Notes: a model not told the origin generated them from the letters alone. 64,000 nt of DNA from Malacoraja senta (GCA_038087875.1 CM075988.1:6822001-6886000); one strand, 5' to 3'; counted from the first letter of the stretch, positions 25,720 to 38,744 are shown. Made by a program: numbers and translations.

Positions 25720-26649
25720 TAACTGTGCTGCCCTCGATTGCTCTCTTGTGCCTCACGGATTTTAATTGCTCCACAATTGGTGACACCAGTTCAGCAGCAA
25801 TAACATTGAGCATTTGTCGTCCTTTCATACACTTCACTGCTTTGCTACACCCATCTCTTCATTAAACCCATCTCTTTCGCCAATCTTCTGGTCATCCATC
25901 CTAATACCCCAGTGTCAGATTAATTTTATAATCCTTTAGGAACTGTCTTTATACTTCATTAAGAACCTTTAAAAATGGAAGTTATTGTGGCTTTGGATTT
26001 TCAGGTCCACTTTACCATTGATTGTCATATGTACTCGGTTTAGGTTTATTATTGCCTCATGTAGCGATGTACAGTGAAAAGTGTTTGGTAATGCCATACA
26101 TGGATACAGTCAAGACAAACACAAGTGCAAAAGGTAGAGCGAAGTGAAAGATATCAGAAAACGAAACATGGTTCGCAGCGTTGTAGCGTAACAGTTCCAG
26201 AGAAAAAACTGTCCGCAATGAGGTTGGTTGGAGGATCGGGACCGCACCCCCAGCTTTTGGAATGAACTGTTCCAAATTACATTACCCGCCTGCATTACCC
26301 AGTCTGAAGAGGGGTCCCAACCTGAAACATTCAGTCTGGAGAAGAGCCCCGACCCGAACCGTCGCCTTCCATGTTCTCCAGAGATGCTGCCTGACCCGTT
26401 GAGTTTCTCCAGCATTTTGTGTCTAGCTTAGAATTAATCTTTGCCAATATTGCAGGTAGGTAATGTAATTCTGAATAGTTCTGCCAAAAGCCAGGGGTGT
26501 ACTCCCAGCACTTTCTGTCTTTCTTTAGTAAATCAGCATCTGCAGTTCCTTGTTATTTCAATACTAAGCTGTTGTGCTTCCAAACTACAACCTACACTGT
26601 CACGGGAGGCACAGTATGAAAATGGAATATTTGAGAGAGTAAGAGTGTG

Positions 26650-27300
26650 AGCCCATTGTGAATGAAGGAAGGAATGAATGAATGAATGAATGAATGAATG
26701 AATGAATTAAGGAATGAAGGAATGAAGGAATGAATGAAGGAATGAAGGAATGAAGGAATGAAGAATGAAGGAAAGGAATGAATGAAGAATGAATGAATGA
26801 AGGAATGAATGAAAGAATACTTTATTGTCACATGTGACAAATCACAGTGAAATTCTTTGCTTGCATACTCAAGGTATGCAAATAGTCGCCCATAAAGGGC
26901 ACTTACAAAGTTACAAAGTACCCCGACACTAGGTCCCCCTTTGTTCTCCCTCCTCCGCTCCCCCTCCATCACGGTGGTCCAACAATGCCGGACCCTTCAT
27001 TGTTCATCCCCCTTGGTCACGGCGATCCCCCACGCCGGGTCCTCCTTTGTTCCTTCCCCTGGCAGCGGCGTCCTCACTTCCACATGGTCCGTCCTCATCT
27101 GTCGGTCGGCGCCATCATCGACCGCCGCACCGACCTCTCCACTATCGCCGCTGGGTCCCCTCTGGACGCCTCTGTGGCGCCGACCCAGGCCCAGCCGCGG
27201 GCTTCACAGACCCAGGGGCCATTGGCCGCGGGCTCTGCAGACTCGCGAGGCTCCAACCCCAACCCGCGAGGTACCGAAACGCGAGGATTCGGCCTTGGCA
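26650..27300 (-). mobile_element. GC-rich non-LTR retroposon 3' end with expanded (ATTC/CTTC)n tail (26658-26815)
   Basis: Homologous to 1-385, with a long GAAT/GAAG microsatellite at the tail. Confidence 0.7.
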
Positions 27301-27399
27301 TCTGCTGCAGCAGGTTGGAAATGAGACATTGCAAAGAAGACACACCTTTCTGTTTACTGATTTGCATTCAGAAGAATCTGCTGCTCTCAAACATAAAGA

Positions 27400-27665
27400 G
27401 AAAATGGTGAAAACACTCTCCAGGTTTGGCAACATCTGTGGAAAGAGAAACAGAGTTGACAAAGTCTGATGAAGGGTGTATGACCTGAACTGTTAAAGAA
27501 GGGTCTCGACCCGAAACGTCGCCTATTCCTTCTCTCCATAGATGCTGCCTCACCCGCTGAGTTCCTCCAGCATTTCTGTCTACCTGAACTGTGTAGCTCT
27601 TTCCACAGATGCTGCCTGACTTGTTCAGTGTTCCCAGCATTTCTTCCATGTCTTTCTTTCAGCGC
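27400..27665. mobile_element. Older palindromic Penelope-like cassette with a younger one nested inside (27494-27581)
   Basis: ACCTGAACTGT duplicated at 27483-27493 and 27582-27592. Confidence 0.7.
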
Positions 27666-28449
27666 CGGTAGTTTTTTGGGGGTTATTTTTCATCTCTGAT
27701 ATTTCAGCAGATAGAGGGGAGAAGAAGCTCTACTTGACTATATGTTGTAGTTTGTCCCTATATCCTTGCAGATCAAATCCTTGCAGCGTAGAAAATCTTC
27801 AGTACAGCCCCACGTCAGACTTCTCAGTTACCCAAAACATAAAAAGCAAAACATACTGTTGACTATGTGTGAGAGATAGATGTATTATGTATTAATACGT
27901 TGTATTAATGTATTATGTTTAAATCCAGGCACTCCATGCAGAAGGATAATAGCTTCATGGATAAAATACAGAGAAGATTAATTGGGATGATGTTCGGAAT
28001 AGGATGTGATTTCTTCTTCTTAAAGAAGGATCAAGAATCCTTCAGGTTTTCAAAATCACAAAGTGAATTGAGTAATTGTTCAGCAAATGCCCTAACACTG
28101 AATTAACATTGAAATAACACTGAATGCACATTACTGAAGTGCTGGTAAAATTCTCTTCATAGCAAGGGTTATTGTAAAAGTGAATGATTTACCTAAGACA
28201 GAGATTATAAGATCATAAAAAACAGTTTGCACGGAAATAGCACTTTTATTATTGTTAAAGGAAACCTGAGGCATTGACTTGAACATAAACAGATTAAAAA
28301 AAACTTTTTTATTGAAGGCCTCGGCCTTAGCTAGTCACAGAATGCAATATTGTTCAAAATTATGGTCAGAGGAATATCTAGAAAAGGAGGAGAGGGATGA
28401 GGAGGCAGAGGCATTTTAGGTTGTAAGCTTTGTCGACCTGAACTGTTAA

Positions 28450-28744
28450 AGCCCTGTCCCACGATGCGAGTTCACCCAAGAGCTCGCCCGAGTTTAAAAA
28501 AAAAATCAAACTCATGGTACTTCATCACGAGTATTTTTTACTCTTGGAAATTATTCACACTGTTGAAAAAACTTCACGAGTTTCCGCGTTTCCCGGGTAC
28601 CTGCCGTTAGCGTTACGAGCCGCTATGAGATATCCACGAGCTCCGACGTACCCGCTACGTACATTCTACGTACCTACCACGAGTTTGATTTTTTTTTAAA
28701 CTCGGGAGAGCTCTTGGGTGAACTCGCATCGTGGGACAGGGGCT
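28450..28744. mobile_element. PIF/Harbinger-type MITE (family C)
   Basis: Long TIR AGCCCTGTCCCACGATGCGAGTTCACCCAAGAGCTC..AAAATCAAACTC, TAA flanks. Confidence 0.82.
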
Positions 28745-28751
28745 TAACTCT

Positions 28752-29060
28752 GGGTGGCACAGTGGCGTAGTGGTAGAGTTGCTGCCTTACAGTGCCAGAG
28801 ACCCAGGTTCGATCCTGACCATGGGTGCTGTCGGAATGGAGTTTGTACGTTCACCCTGTGACCACATGGGTTTTCTTCGCGTGCTTCAGTCTCCTCGCAC
28901 ACTCCAAAGACGTACAGGTTTGTCGGTTAATTGGCTTCGATGAAAAATTGTAAATTGTCCCGAGCGTGCAGGATAGGGCTAGTGTATGGGGATTGCTGGT
29001 CGGTACGGACTCGATGGGCTGAGTGGCCTGTTTCTACACTATATCTCGAAAGTCTAAAGT
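28752..29060 (+). mobile_element. HE1-like V-SINE
   Basis: Full-length copy. Confidence 0.88.
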
Positions 29061-29579
29061 TTAACGTTGACAGTAGTGGGGTGACGGCGATTGGAGAATT
29101 ATGTTGGAGGAGGAATAAAGTGTTCACAGAGAACTTCAAAGCTAGGTCGGTAGTTAAAAGAGAACTGGAAAATTGATTGAAAAAAATATAAAGGCCAGTA
29201 ACATGGGATTAAAACAATAAACCGCGTATGGCATACTAGCACAGACCTTCTGGAAAATCTAATTTTGTAAAATGCAACTTGGCAGACGGCAAGGTTGCAG
29301 AATATAGGAATATCATATATTTAGTCACAAAATGCTGGAGTGACTCAGTGGGTCTGGCAACATCTACAGAGAACATGGGTAGATGACACTTTTTGCTGTG
29401 ACCCTTCTTCAGACTTTCCAGAAATATTGCCTGACTTGGTGAGTTACTCCAGCACTTTGTGTCTTTCTGTGTACACCAGCATCTGCAGTTCCTAGTTTCT
29501 CTATATATTTAGCTACTGTTTGTACTTCAAGCAAAACACTACCTTTGGGCTTCAGTAATCTCAGACAACCACCATTCCC

Positions 29580-29880
29580 TGACTTCCCTTGATTTCTCTC
29601 TTCCACTTTTCTTCTGTGACATTTGATTATAAGCAGTTTGCACCCCAGCGGTATGAACAATTACTTCTCGAATTTCAGGTAGTCCCTGCTTTCTACTCCC
29701 CTTCTCAGCTCTCCCTCAGCCCACTGTCTCCGCCTCTTCCTTTCTTCTTCCCGCCCCCCCCCCCCCCACCCTCACATCAGTCTGAAGAAGGGTCTCGACC
29801 AGAAACGTTGCCTATTTCCTTCGCTTCATAGATGCTGCCTCACCCGCTGAGTTTCTCCAGCATTTTTGTCTACCTTCGAT
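29580..29880 (+). mobile_element. Penelope-like 3' end (end of GIY-YIG ORF, pLTR with hammerhead motif)
   Basis: ..TTGCACCCCAGCGGTATGAAC.. (LHPSGMN-like ORF end), C-rich tract, CTGAAGAAGGGTCTCGACCAGAAACGTT at ~29782. Confidence 0.7.
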
Positions 29881-30332
29881 TATAAGGTCATAAGCTATAG
29901 GAGCAGAATTAGGCCATTCGGCCCATCAGGTCTACTCTGCCATTCAATCATGGCTGACCTATCTTTCCCTCCTAATCCCATTCTCCTGCCTCCTCCCCAT
30001 AATCCCTGACACCTGTACTAATCAAGAATCTGTCAATCTCTGCCTTAAAAAATATAATCACTGACTTGGCCTCCACAGCCATTTGTGGCAATGAATTCCA
30101 CAGATTCACCATCCCCTGGCCAAAGAAATTCCTCCTCATCTCCTTTTGTTCTTTTATTTATTATTTTGTTATTTTATTTATTATTACTTCTAGCGATTTT
30201 TAAGAAACAATAGGTGTCAGTGTCCGTGGTCAGGGAGGGGGTGAAGCATGTTCCTAACTGGGATTCAGCAACCCCTGCAGGACAGTGTATGCAAGTGCAG
30301 GACGTTTGATTACCGCTTCCTCTTCTTTCTGA

Positions 30333-30993
30333 AGTTAGTTTAGAGATACAGCGTGGAAACAGGCCCTTCGGCCCACCGAGTCTGGGCCGACCAACAATCC
30401 CCATACATAAGCCCATTCTGCACACAGAGACAATTTTTACCGAAGCCAATTAACCTACAAACTTGTTTAAGAAGGAACTGCAGATGCTGGAAAATCGAAG
30501 GTAGACAAAAGTGCTGGAGAAACTTAGCGGGTGCAGCAGCATCTATGGAGCGAAGGAAATAGGCAACGTTTCGGGCCGAAACTTTGGCGTGTGGGAGGAA
30601 ACCAGAGCAACTGGAGAAATCCCACATGGTCCCTACACACTGGGGGGAGTTTAGAGCAACCAATTAAACTACCGACCTCCACATCGTTGGGTTTAGTTTA
30701 GTTTAGTTTAGAGATGCAGCATGGAAACAGGCCATTTGGCTCACTGAGTCCACACCAACCAGCAACCACCCATATACTTGTCATATCCTACTCATGAAGG
30801 GCAATTTACAGAAGCCAATTAACCTACAAACCTGCACGTCTTTGGAGTGTGGGAGGAAACCAGAGCACCCGGGGAAAACCCACGCGGTCACAGGGAGAAC
30901 ATACAAACTCCGTACAGACAGCGCTCATAAACGGGATGGAACCCGCGTGTCTGGTGCTGTCAAGCAGCAACTCTACTGCTACGCCATTGTGCC
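30333..30993 (-). mobile_element. Two HE1-like SINEs (30333-30630, interrupted by a Penelope piece at ~30464-30580; and 30690-30993)
   Basis: Consensus SINE sequence on the minus strand. Confidence 0.82.
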
Positions 30994-31427
30994 TGTTTTC
31001 AAAGAACTATATTGAAAACGTTGCTTCTGTGAGTTTTCAGATTCAGGAATATTATAACAAGGTGGACAAACAATGTTGGGCTTTCATGGAAACTTGTGTT
31101 TTTGTGGAGTGACAGAATTATATTGTTGGGTATTTTATAATTACATCTAATTTGATTTAAATTCATGAACGGACAAAGAAATTGTAACAATACCTGCAGT
31201 CCCTGAAAGTGGCAACACAAGTATATTAGGAGCTGAAGAAAGGTCTGACTTCAGACCCAGTCTGACGAAGCGTCTCGACCCAAAACGTCACCCATTCCTT
31301 CTTTCCAGAGATGCTGCCTGATCTGCTGAGTTACTCCAGTATTTTGTGTCTATCTTCAGTTTAAACCAGCATCTGCACTTCCTTCCTACACATTTCATCT
31401 GCAGTTCCTCCCTACACAAGAAAGGAT

Positions 31428-32742
31428 ATGAATGAATGAATGAATGAATGAATGAATAAGTTTATTGGCCAAGTATTCACATACAAGGAATTTGCCTTGG
31501 TGCTCCGCCCACAAGTGACAACATGACATACAGTGACAGTTAAGAATGATACATAAAACATTAAACATTAACAATAAAACATTATTGATTAAACATGTGA
31601 ATTAAATAAAATACCAGAGCAAAAGGAGGCTACAGATTTTTGGTTATTGAGTAGAGCTACTACTCGTCGAAAAAAGCTATTTTTATGTCTGGCTGTGGCA
31701 GCTTTGACAGTCCGGAGTCGCCTTGCAGAGGGAAGTGATTCAAAGAGTACCCGCTCGCTTCCTGGCCCTTGCAGTGTACAGTTCGTCAATGGAGGGAAGG
31801 TTGCAGTCAATAACCTTCTCAGCTGATCGGACGATTCACTGCAGCCTCCGGGTGTCGTGCTTGGTGGCTGAGCCAAACCAGACCATGATGGAGAAGGTGA
31901 GAACAGACTCTACGATGACCGTATAGAATTGGACCATCATTGCCTGTGGCAGATTGTGCTTTCTCAGCTGCCGCAGGAAGTACATCGAGTCGATGGTAGC
32001 CCCCCAGTTAAGGTCCTTGGAGATGATGGTTCCCAGGAACCTAAAAGACTCCACAGATGTGACTGTGGTGTTGTTGATGGTGAGTGAGGGCAGGGGAGGG
32101 TGAGCTCTCCTAAAGTCTACAATCAATTCCATTGTCTAAGAGCATTGAGCTCCAGGTTGTTGCGATGGCACCAGGACGTCAGCTGTGTCACTTCCTGTCT
32201 GTAGACAGATTCCTCCCCATCCTGGATCAGTCCAATCAGGGTTGTGTCGTCCGCAAACTTGAGAAGCTTGACAGCGGAGTCTGTGGAGTTGCAGTTGTTG
32301 GTGTAGAGAGAGTAGAGGAGAGGGGAGAGTACGCAGCCTTGCGGTGCTCCTACGCTGAGGGTCTGCGGGTCCGAGATGTGCTTTCCCAGCCTCACATGCT
32401 GCTTCCTCTCTGTCAGGATGTTGATGATCCACTGACAGAGGGGTTCAGGCACAGTCAACTCGGAAAGTTTGAAGTGTAGTAGCTCTGGCACAATGGTGTT
32501 GAATGCAGAGCTAAAATCAACAAACAAAATCCTCACACAGGTCCCCTGGTGGTCTAGGTGCTGTAGGATGAAGTGCAAGCCCAGGTTGACTGCGTCATCC
32601 ACAGATCTATTGGCCCGATATGCAAACAGCAGAGGGTCCAGCAGGGGGTTTGTGATATTTTTCAGCTTGGCCAGCACAAGCCTTTCAAGGGTCTTCATGA
32701 CTACAAAGGTCAGTGCGACAGGTCTGTAGTATTTGGCATGCA
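31428..32742 (-). mobile_element. Rex1-clade LINE, 5'-truncated (RT domain to 3' tail)
   Basis: [63 protein letters not shown], with frameshifts and an (ATTC)n tail. Confidence 0.92.
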
Positions 32743-32839
32743 TGCCCTCATAGATCAAGGTAAAGGGTAAAGAATACAAGAGTTGTCATGTCATGTTGTC
32801 ACTTTACAAACCACTGGTCAGACCGCACTTGGAGTACTT

Positions 32840-33561
32840 TACTTTAAACTTTAGACATTCAGCGTGGATGCAGGCCCTTCGGCCCGAGTCCATGCCAACC
32901 AGCGATCACCCCATAGACTAGCACTATCCTATACATATGGGACAATTTTTACAACTTACCAAAGCCAATTAACCTACAAACCTGTATGTCTTAGGAGTAT
33001 GGGAAGAAATCTGAGCACCAGGAGAAAACCCATGTGGTCACAGGGAGAACTTACAAACTCCGTACAGACAGCACCCATAGTCAGGATAGAAGAAAACAGA
33101 CATAAGGGATCTGGTGTTGCAAGCGCTGTAAAACAGACATAATGTGGGCAAAAGGGATCAGTATGGATGGGCATTACTCTCAGCATGGATGTGAGTGGCT
33201 AGAGTACCCCTCTCCCTGCTGTAAGAATCTATGAATTTTTGATCCCAAATAGATACTCTGAGTTTAGTTTAGTTTAGATACAGCATGGAAACAGGCCCTT
33301 TGGCCCATCGAGTCTACACCGACCATCAATCCCTGCACATTAATACTACACTAGGGACAATTTACACTTATACCAAGCCAATTAACCGACAAAACTGTAC
33401 GTCTTTGGAGTGTGGTAGGAAACCGAAGAGTTCCACGGAGAAAAACCATGTGGTCACGGGGAGAATGTACTGACAGCACCCGTAGTCTGGATGGAACCCG
33501 GGTCTCTGGTGTTGCAAGCGCTGTAAGGCAGCAACTCTACCGCTGTGCCACCGTGCTGCCC
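32840..33561 (-). mobile_element. Two HE1-like SINEs (32840-33087; 33262-33561)
   Basis: Consensus SINE sequence. Confidence 0.85.
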
Positions 33562-33704
33562 TAAACTCGCTAGAATGGCTATTAGAAAGGATGAAGTAGC
33601 AGGACATATATATAACATCAATAAGATTGGACAGATGAGTTTCTGAAAGAGAAATTATGTTGTCAAATCTACTGGAGCTTTTGAGGAGCTGACTGGTAGA
33701 AAAG

Positions 33705-34056
33705 TTGGGAGGTCATGTTGCAGTTGTATAAGACGTTGGTGAAACCACATTCAGAATATTGTGTTCAGTACTGGGCACCATGTTATAGGAAAGATATTGT
33801 CAAGCTTGAAAGGGTTCAGAGAAGATTTACGAGGATGTTGTCAGGACTAGAGGGTGTGAGCTATAGGGAGAGGATGAGCAAGCTTGGTCTCTATTCCTTG
33901 GAGCACAGGAGGATGAGGGGTGATCTTAAAAGGTGTATAAAATCATGCAAGGAATAGATTGGGTAGATGCACAGAGTCTCTTGCCCAGATTGGGGGAATT
34001 GAGGACCAGAGGACATAGGTTCAAGGTGAAGAAGAAAAGATTTAATAGGAATCCGA
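33705..34056 (+). mobile_element. CR1 LINE fragment running into the assembly gap
   Basis: LQLYKTLVKPHSEYCVQYWAP.YRKDIVKLERVQRRFTRM. Confidence 0.85.
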
Positions 34057-34256
34057 NNNNNNNNNNNNNNNNNNNNNNNNNNNNNNNNNNNNNNNNNNNN
34101 NNNNNNNNNNNNNNNNNNNNNNNNNNNNNNNNNNNNNNNNNNNNNNNNNNNNNNNNNNNNNNNNNNNNNNNNNNNNNNNNNNNNNNNNNNNNNNNNNNNN
34201 NNNNNNNNNNNNNNNNNNNNNNNNNNNNNNNNNNNNNNNNNNNNNNNNNNNNNNNN
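34057..34256. other. Assembly gap (200 N)
   Basis: Run of N. Confidence 1.
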
Positions 34257-34874
34257 ATTTGACGGAGGAAGCCCTGCAGGAGCCTGGGGTTCACCTGGAT
34301 CAGGAACTGCCCCAGTAGATCGAGTGCGCGGGTGGACCGGACTTTGGACTTTGGAAATGTTGCCAAAACATGGCGCCCGCATGTATAAATATATTTTTTT
34401 AAACGTCACTGTGCAGATTGCACAAGGGACAAATAAAGCACAATTGTAGCATTGAACCGTTGAATCCAACAACAATTGGATACAGTAATTATATCATTGG
34501 TGTATAAAGGCATTTATTAAATTGTGTGAAGAAGAATTCAGCATCAGTTACAGGGATGTGTCGGAGGTGAAACACTGTAAGCTGTGAGTGATCAATTGCA
34601 TTAAATGATATGGTTGAATGATACAGAAATGAAACACAAACCTTCCCTCCAGAACCAAACCACAACAGACGAAGACCTGTTTAATTGTCACAACATATTA
34701 CAAAGTTAATAAGTAACATTGAGTATGGTAATAGAGTTAAGTGGAGGCAGTTCTTTGTTTGCAGGGCAATGCTTCCTGTAGGTATTGTTATACTTTTGAA
34801 GCAATCTTTTATTAAGGTCCATTTGTCTCTCAACAGTTTATCATGGAAGTCACAGTCAAAATTATCTACACAAA

Positions 34875-35037
34875 CGTCACGAGTTTACCGGATTTCACGA
34901 GTACCTACCGTTACTCGTACGAGCCGCTACGTGACATCCACGAGCTCCTACATACCCACTATGTACATTACACGAGCTTGAATCAGGGGGGAACTCGGGA
35001 GAACTCTTAAATTACCTCGTACAGTGCGACAGGCCCT
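34875..35037. mobile_element. Partial Harbinger-type MITE (right end only)
   Basis: Body similar to 28450-28744 and 39512-39831. Ends AGTGCGACAGGCCCT|TAA. Confidence 0.65.
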
Positions 35038-35339
35038 TAAAGGTATGTCCTTTTATTCTGAGACTGTGCCCTTTGGTCCTAGACTCTCCCACTAGTGGAA
35101 GATAATTCTTGACCATTAAACTTTGGGTGGCATTGGTTTGGAAGATTTGGAAGTTTGGAAGATGCTTCTGTATGGCTTCCACTCTGGCCTGCTTCTGAAC
35201 AAGAAGGTTCAGACTGTTCTGTGCACTCGATGATCCAGGCTACACAGGCTGCTGAGAGAAAAAACATCTTGACTGCAGTTCTATTTCCTCTCGACTGATA
35301 TCCCCAACATTAACCAAATATTATGGGAGTATCGTGGAA

Positions 35340-35990
35340 GCATGGAACTGCAGATGCTGGTTTATAAAAGACACAAAGTGCTGGAGTAACTCAGCATGTA
35401 AAGTTGCATCTCTAGAGAACGTGGATAGGTGACTGAAGAAGGTTCCAACCCGAAACGTCACCCATCCTTTTTCTCCAGATGTGCTGCCTGACTCACTGAG
35501 TTACTCCAGCACTTTGTATCTATCCAAGATAGACACAAGATGCTGGATTAACTCAGCGGGACAGGCAGCATCTCTGGATAGAAGAAATGGGTGACGTTTC
35601 GGGTCGAGACCCTTCTTCAGACTGGTCGTGGGGATGGGGGGGCGGGGGGGGGGGTGGAGAAAACTATAATAGACGATGGGAAGACATATTGTGACAGGTA
35701 ATAGGTGAACACAGACGAGAGGGGGGTTTGATAGACAGATGGTTAGACAAAGGCCAGAGATTGAAAGGCAGAATGTGTGACACCTAAGGACTGACGAGTT
35801 GCCAATTGTGAAGCCAGAGGAAGGAATGTGAGTGAAGGGGGGAAATAGTTGCTAGTCAGGGAGGGAGGTGGGAGGGGAAAAGGGGTTATGTGTGGGGGTG
35901 TTAGGGGGGTAGAGGAGGGGGAGTGGGGTTGATTAAGTTTACTTAAAATTGACAAATTCAATGTTCATACAGTTGGGTTGTAAGCAACCC
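35340..35990. mobile_element. Penelope-like cluster: palindromic cassette plus minus-strand 3' end with consensus hammerhead
   Basis: Plus-strand core at ~35433-35460. Minus-strand CTGAAGAAGGGTCTCGACCCGAAACGTC at 35620-35593. GIY-YIG ORF end (GLQPNCMNIEF) on the minus strand at ~35955-35990. Confidence 0.8.
35593..35620 (-). ncRNA. Minimal type-I hammerhead ribozyme motif of a Penelope-like pLTR (representative copy)
   Basis: CUGAAGA-A-GGG(UCUCGA)CCC-GAAAC-GUC: conserved core, short helix II, palindromic ACGU in place of helix III. Activity not shown. Confidence 0.6.
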
Positions 35991-36304
35991 ACGTGGATTG
36001 TTGTATGGGAGCTTGTGGGAGCATCTGATGTGAGGAACCTTTTGCTGAGCCTCTCTGGCATAATTAACAGGAGAGGATGTGTTTACAGTGCAGATGCAGT
36101 CTCTGATCATTCATTTTTTCAATAGTCTTTACCAGCTTCTGCTTCCGAGCACAAGAGAGCCTGAATTAGGTTTAAGGGCTGTTGAGAATGTTTTTCAATA
36201 GCCTAGGCCACTTGCAATAGAAAGTAAGCCTTGGGCATGGATATCCTTAATGACTCTCCCCACTTGCATTGCTTCCCTTGCTCGACTTACCTTGGTTCAT
36301 CTCA

Positions 36305-36680
36305 TCCTGGACTGGAGGGCGGCAGCTTCGGCAGCTTCGACCACCCCGGGCCGCGGAGTTTGAGCCGGCCCGTCGCGGAGCACGGATTCGGCCGCGGGAC
36401 TGGCTTACCGTCGCCCGGCGGGGTCACAGCATCAGAAGCCTGGATCGCCTCAGCGCAGAGGGAGAACAAAGCAGGAAGAGACAGAGACTTTAAGACTTTT
36501 GCCTCCATCACAGTGAGGAGGTGCCTGGTGAACTCACTGTGGTGGATGTTAATTTGTGTTTATTGTGTGTTTTGTCATTTATTATTATATGTATGACTGC
36601 AGGCAACGAAATTTCGTTCAGACCGAAAGGTCTGAATGACAAATAAAGGAATCTCTAATCTCTAATCTCTAATCTCTAAT
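36305..36680 (+). mobile_element. Young unclassified retroposon 3' end with (CTCTAAT)n tail
   Basis: Near-identical to 41490-41798. Terminal hairpin TTCAGACC-GAAA-GGTCTGAA. Confidence 0.75.
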
Positions 36681-36796
36681 CCTCAGCCCCCTAACACTGA
36701 ACCCCTCTCTTTCGTGTGACTTGCCCTCTCCTGGATCTCTGATCCCCTCACTCAGATACCCTTCTGCCCTCCCATGTAACCAATGTGGTTCTTTAT

Positions 36797-37572
36797 TAGT
36801 TTAGTTTAGTCCAGAGATACAGCGCGGAAACAGGCCCTTCGGCCCACTGAATCTACGCCGACCAGCGATCCCTACGCACTAACACTATCCTACACACACT
36901 AGGGACAATTTACAATTTTACCAAGCTAATTAACCTACAAACCCATACATCTTTGGCGTGTGGGGGGAAATCGGAGATCCTGGAGAAAACCCACGCAGGT
37001 TATGGGCAGAACGTACAAACTCCATACAGACAGCACCCGTAGGCAGGATCGAACCCAGGTCTCTGGTGCTTTGAGGCAGCTCACACAGAATACAGCGCAT
37101 TGTCTCCAAGGCCTCTAGGATCATCAACTTTCCCCTCCCCTCAATCCATTCCATTTACCTCCAACGTACCTCAAAACGGGCAACAAAGATCATCTCGGAC
37201 CCCTCCCATCCAGCAAACCACCTTTTCCAGTCTCTCCCTTCAGGGAGGCGCCTTAGGTCACTTGCTACAAAATCCACCCGTTTTAAAAACAGTTTCTTCC
37301 CCTCAGCAATAAGAACACTTAATTCCCTCCAATAACTTTTTGACTTTGATGTATACAGTGTTGTCTATGGTTTTTGTCTGTTCTTTTGCACTATGTATTG
37401 TTGGTGAGATTTGTGATTTGTGATGTGCTTTATTATTATGATCTGTGTTGTTATTAGTGTTAATGTGCTAAAGCAGTGTACCATCATGTACCAAACCCAA
37501 TTACCACCAACCCTGGTCGTGTGGCAAATAAAGTTTCTATCTATCTATCTATCTAACTCTACTGTGCCGCCC
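36797..37572 (-). mobile_element. HE1-like SINE split by a plus-strand LINE 3' fragment (37081-37554, (TATC)n tail)
   Basis: SINE breaks at GAGGCAGC (37080) and resumes with AACTCTACTGTGCCGCCC (37555). Confidence 0.75.
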
Positions 37573-38139
37573 ATTATCACATGTACAAAGGTACAGTGAA
37601 ATTATTTTTTTGCAGGCAGTTTAGTAAAGTATGACCACAATCCCCAATTAAGTACACAGTGTATAGAAACAGTCCACTGCGACTGTGTACAAGAGACGGC
37701 AGGTTTTTGTGCTATTTTCAAAGTCCAGTCTGGTCCACGCACTTGCTCTCATGGAGCGGTGCCCGATCCAGTCGAGCCCCAGGCTGCTGCACGGCCTCCA
37801 GCCATCCCCTCGTCCCAGCTAGCCGCCCCCATTTACTGTACAAAGTGACACGTGGCAAACATTGTCCCAAAGTTCTTAAACAAACTCAGTGAGCCATTAG
37901 ATACACAAATGTATTTTACAGTGTTGACCTGTGACTCTCATAGCAGTGTGCCAACATTTGCTTCAGACCTATGAGTGTGCATTGAAATCAATACTTATGT
38001 TATTGATTTCAATGTAACTTATATTCAACAGTTGGAAATAAAACATTGACTGCAGCCATTCAATAATCTGATAAGCACGTGTCAGTCCCAGCACCGCCTG
38101 TCACCTGTTCTGCATCAAACAACTACAATGAAAAACTTG

Positions 38140-38435
38140 CCCTTTTCCGTGACCGTGCTTTTGCGGTTGCAGCACCTAGACTGTGGAATAGCATCCCGCT
38201 CCTCATCAGAACTGCCCCCACCATCGACTCCTTTAAGTCACGACTCAAAACCTATTTCTACTCCCTAGCGTTTTTTAGCCCCTCTGAGGGGGCGCTGTAA
38301 ACAGTTTATGTATGTATTGTTAGGTCTGTCTACCATTGTATGTATCAAATTAGTACCTGCACTGATGTGAAGCACTTTGGTCAGCGTGAGTTGTTTTTAA
38401 ATATGCTATACAAATACATTTATTATTATTATTAT
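38140..38435 (+). mobile_element. L2-clade LINE 3' fragment
   Basis: DRAFAVAAPRLWNSIPLLIRTAPTIDSFKSRLKTYFY, AAGCACTTTG 3' motif and (TTA)n tail. Confidence 0.8.
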
Positions 38436-38744
38436 TCCGTAGAAACTAGACACGAACAAAGAATATGAGGTAAACTGAAACACTTTTATGAAGGATTGAC
38501 AAGACTGCAGGATCAAAAAACAACATTCTTCTATAACATTGCAACGCAAACCAGACTGTCTTTTTTCCTCTGGTGTTGACATTGTAACTGCAAGTAGAAA
38601 TTGGAGTACCAAAATCTAAAAGAGGAGGATTAAAATGGTTTATCGACTAACTGCAAAGCACGCACGTAACACATAATGCAATGGTAGCAATGCTGTACAA
38701 GTTACATTCAATTACTTCAAGAGTTCTACCAAGTGGGTACATCG

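Noticed and set aside
26592..26972. ORF with SFIH repeats
   Set aside because: Translation of the (ATTC)n microsatellite tail.
33891..34475. ORFs spanning the N-run
   Set aside because: Artefacts of the assembly gap.
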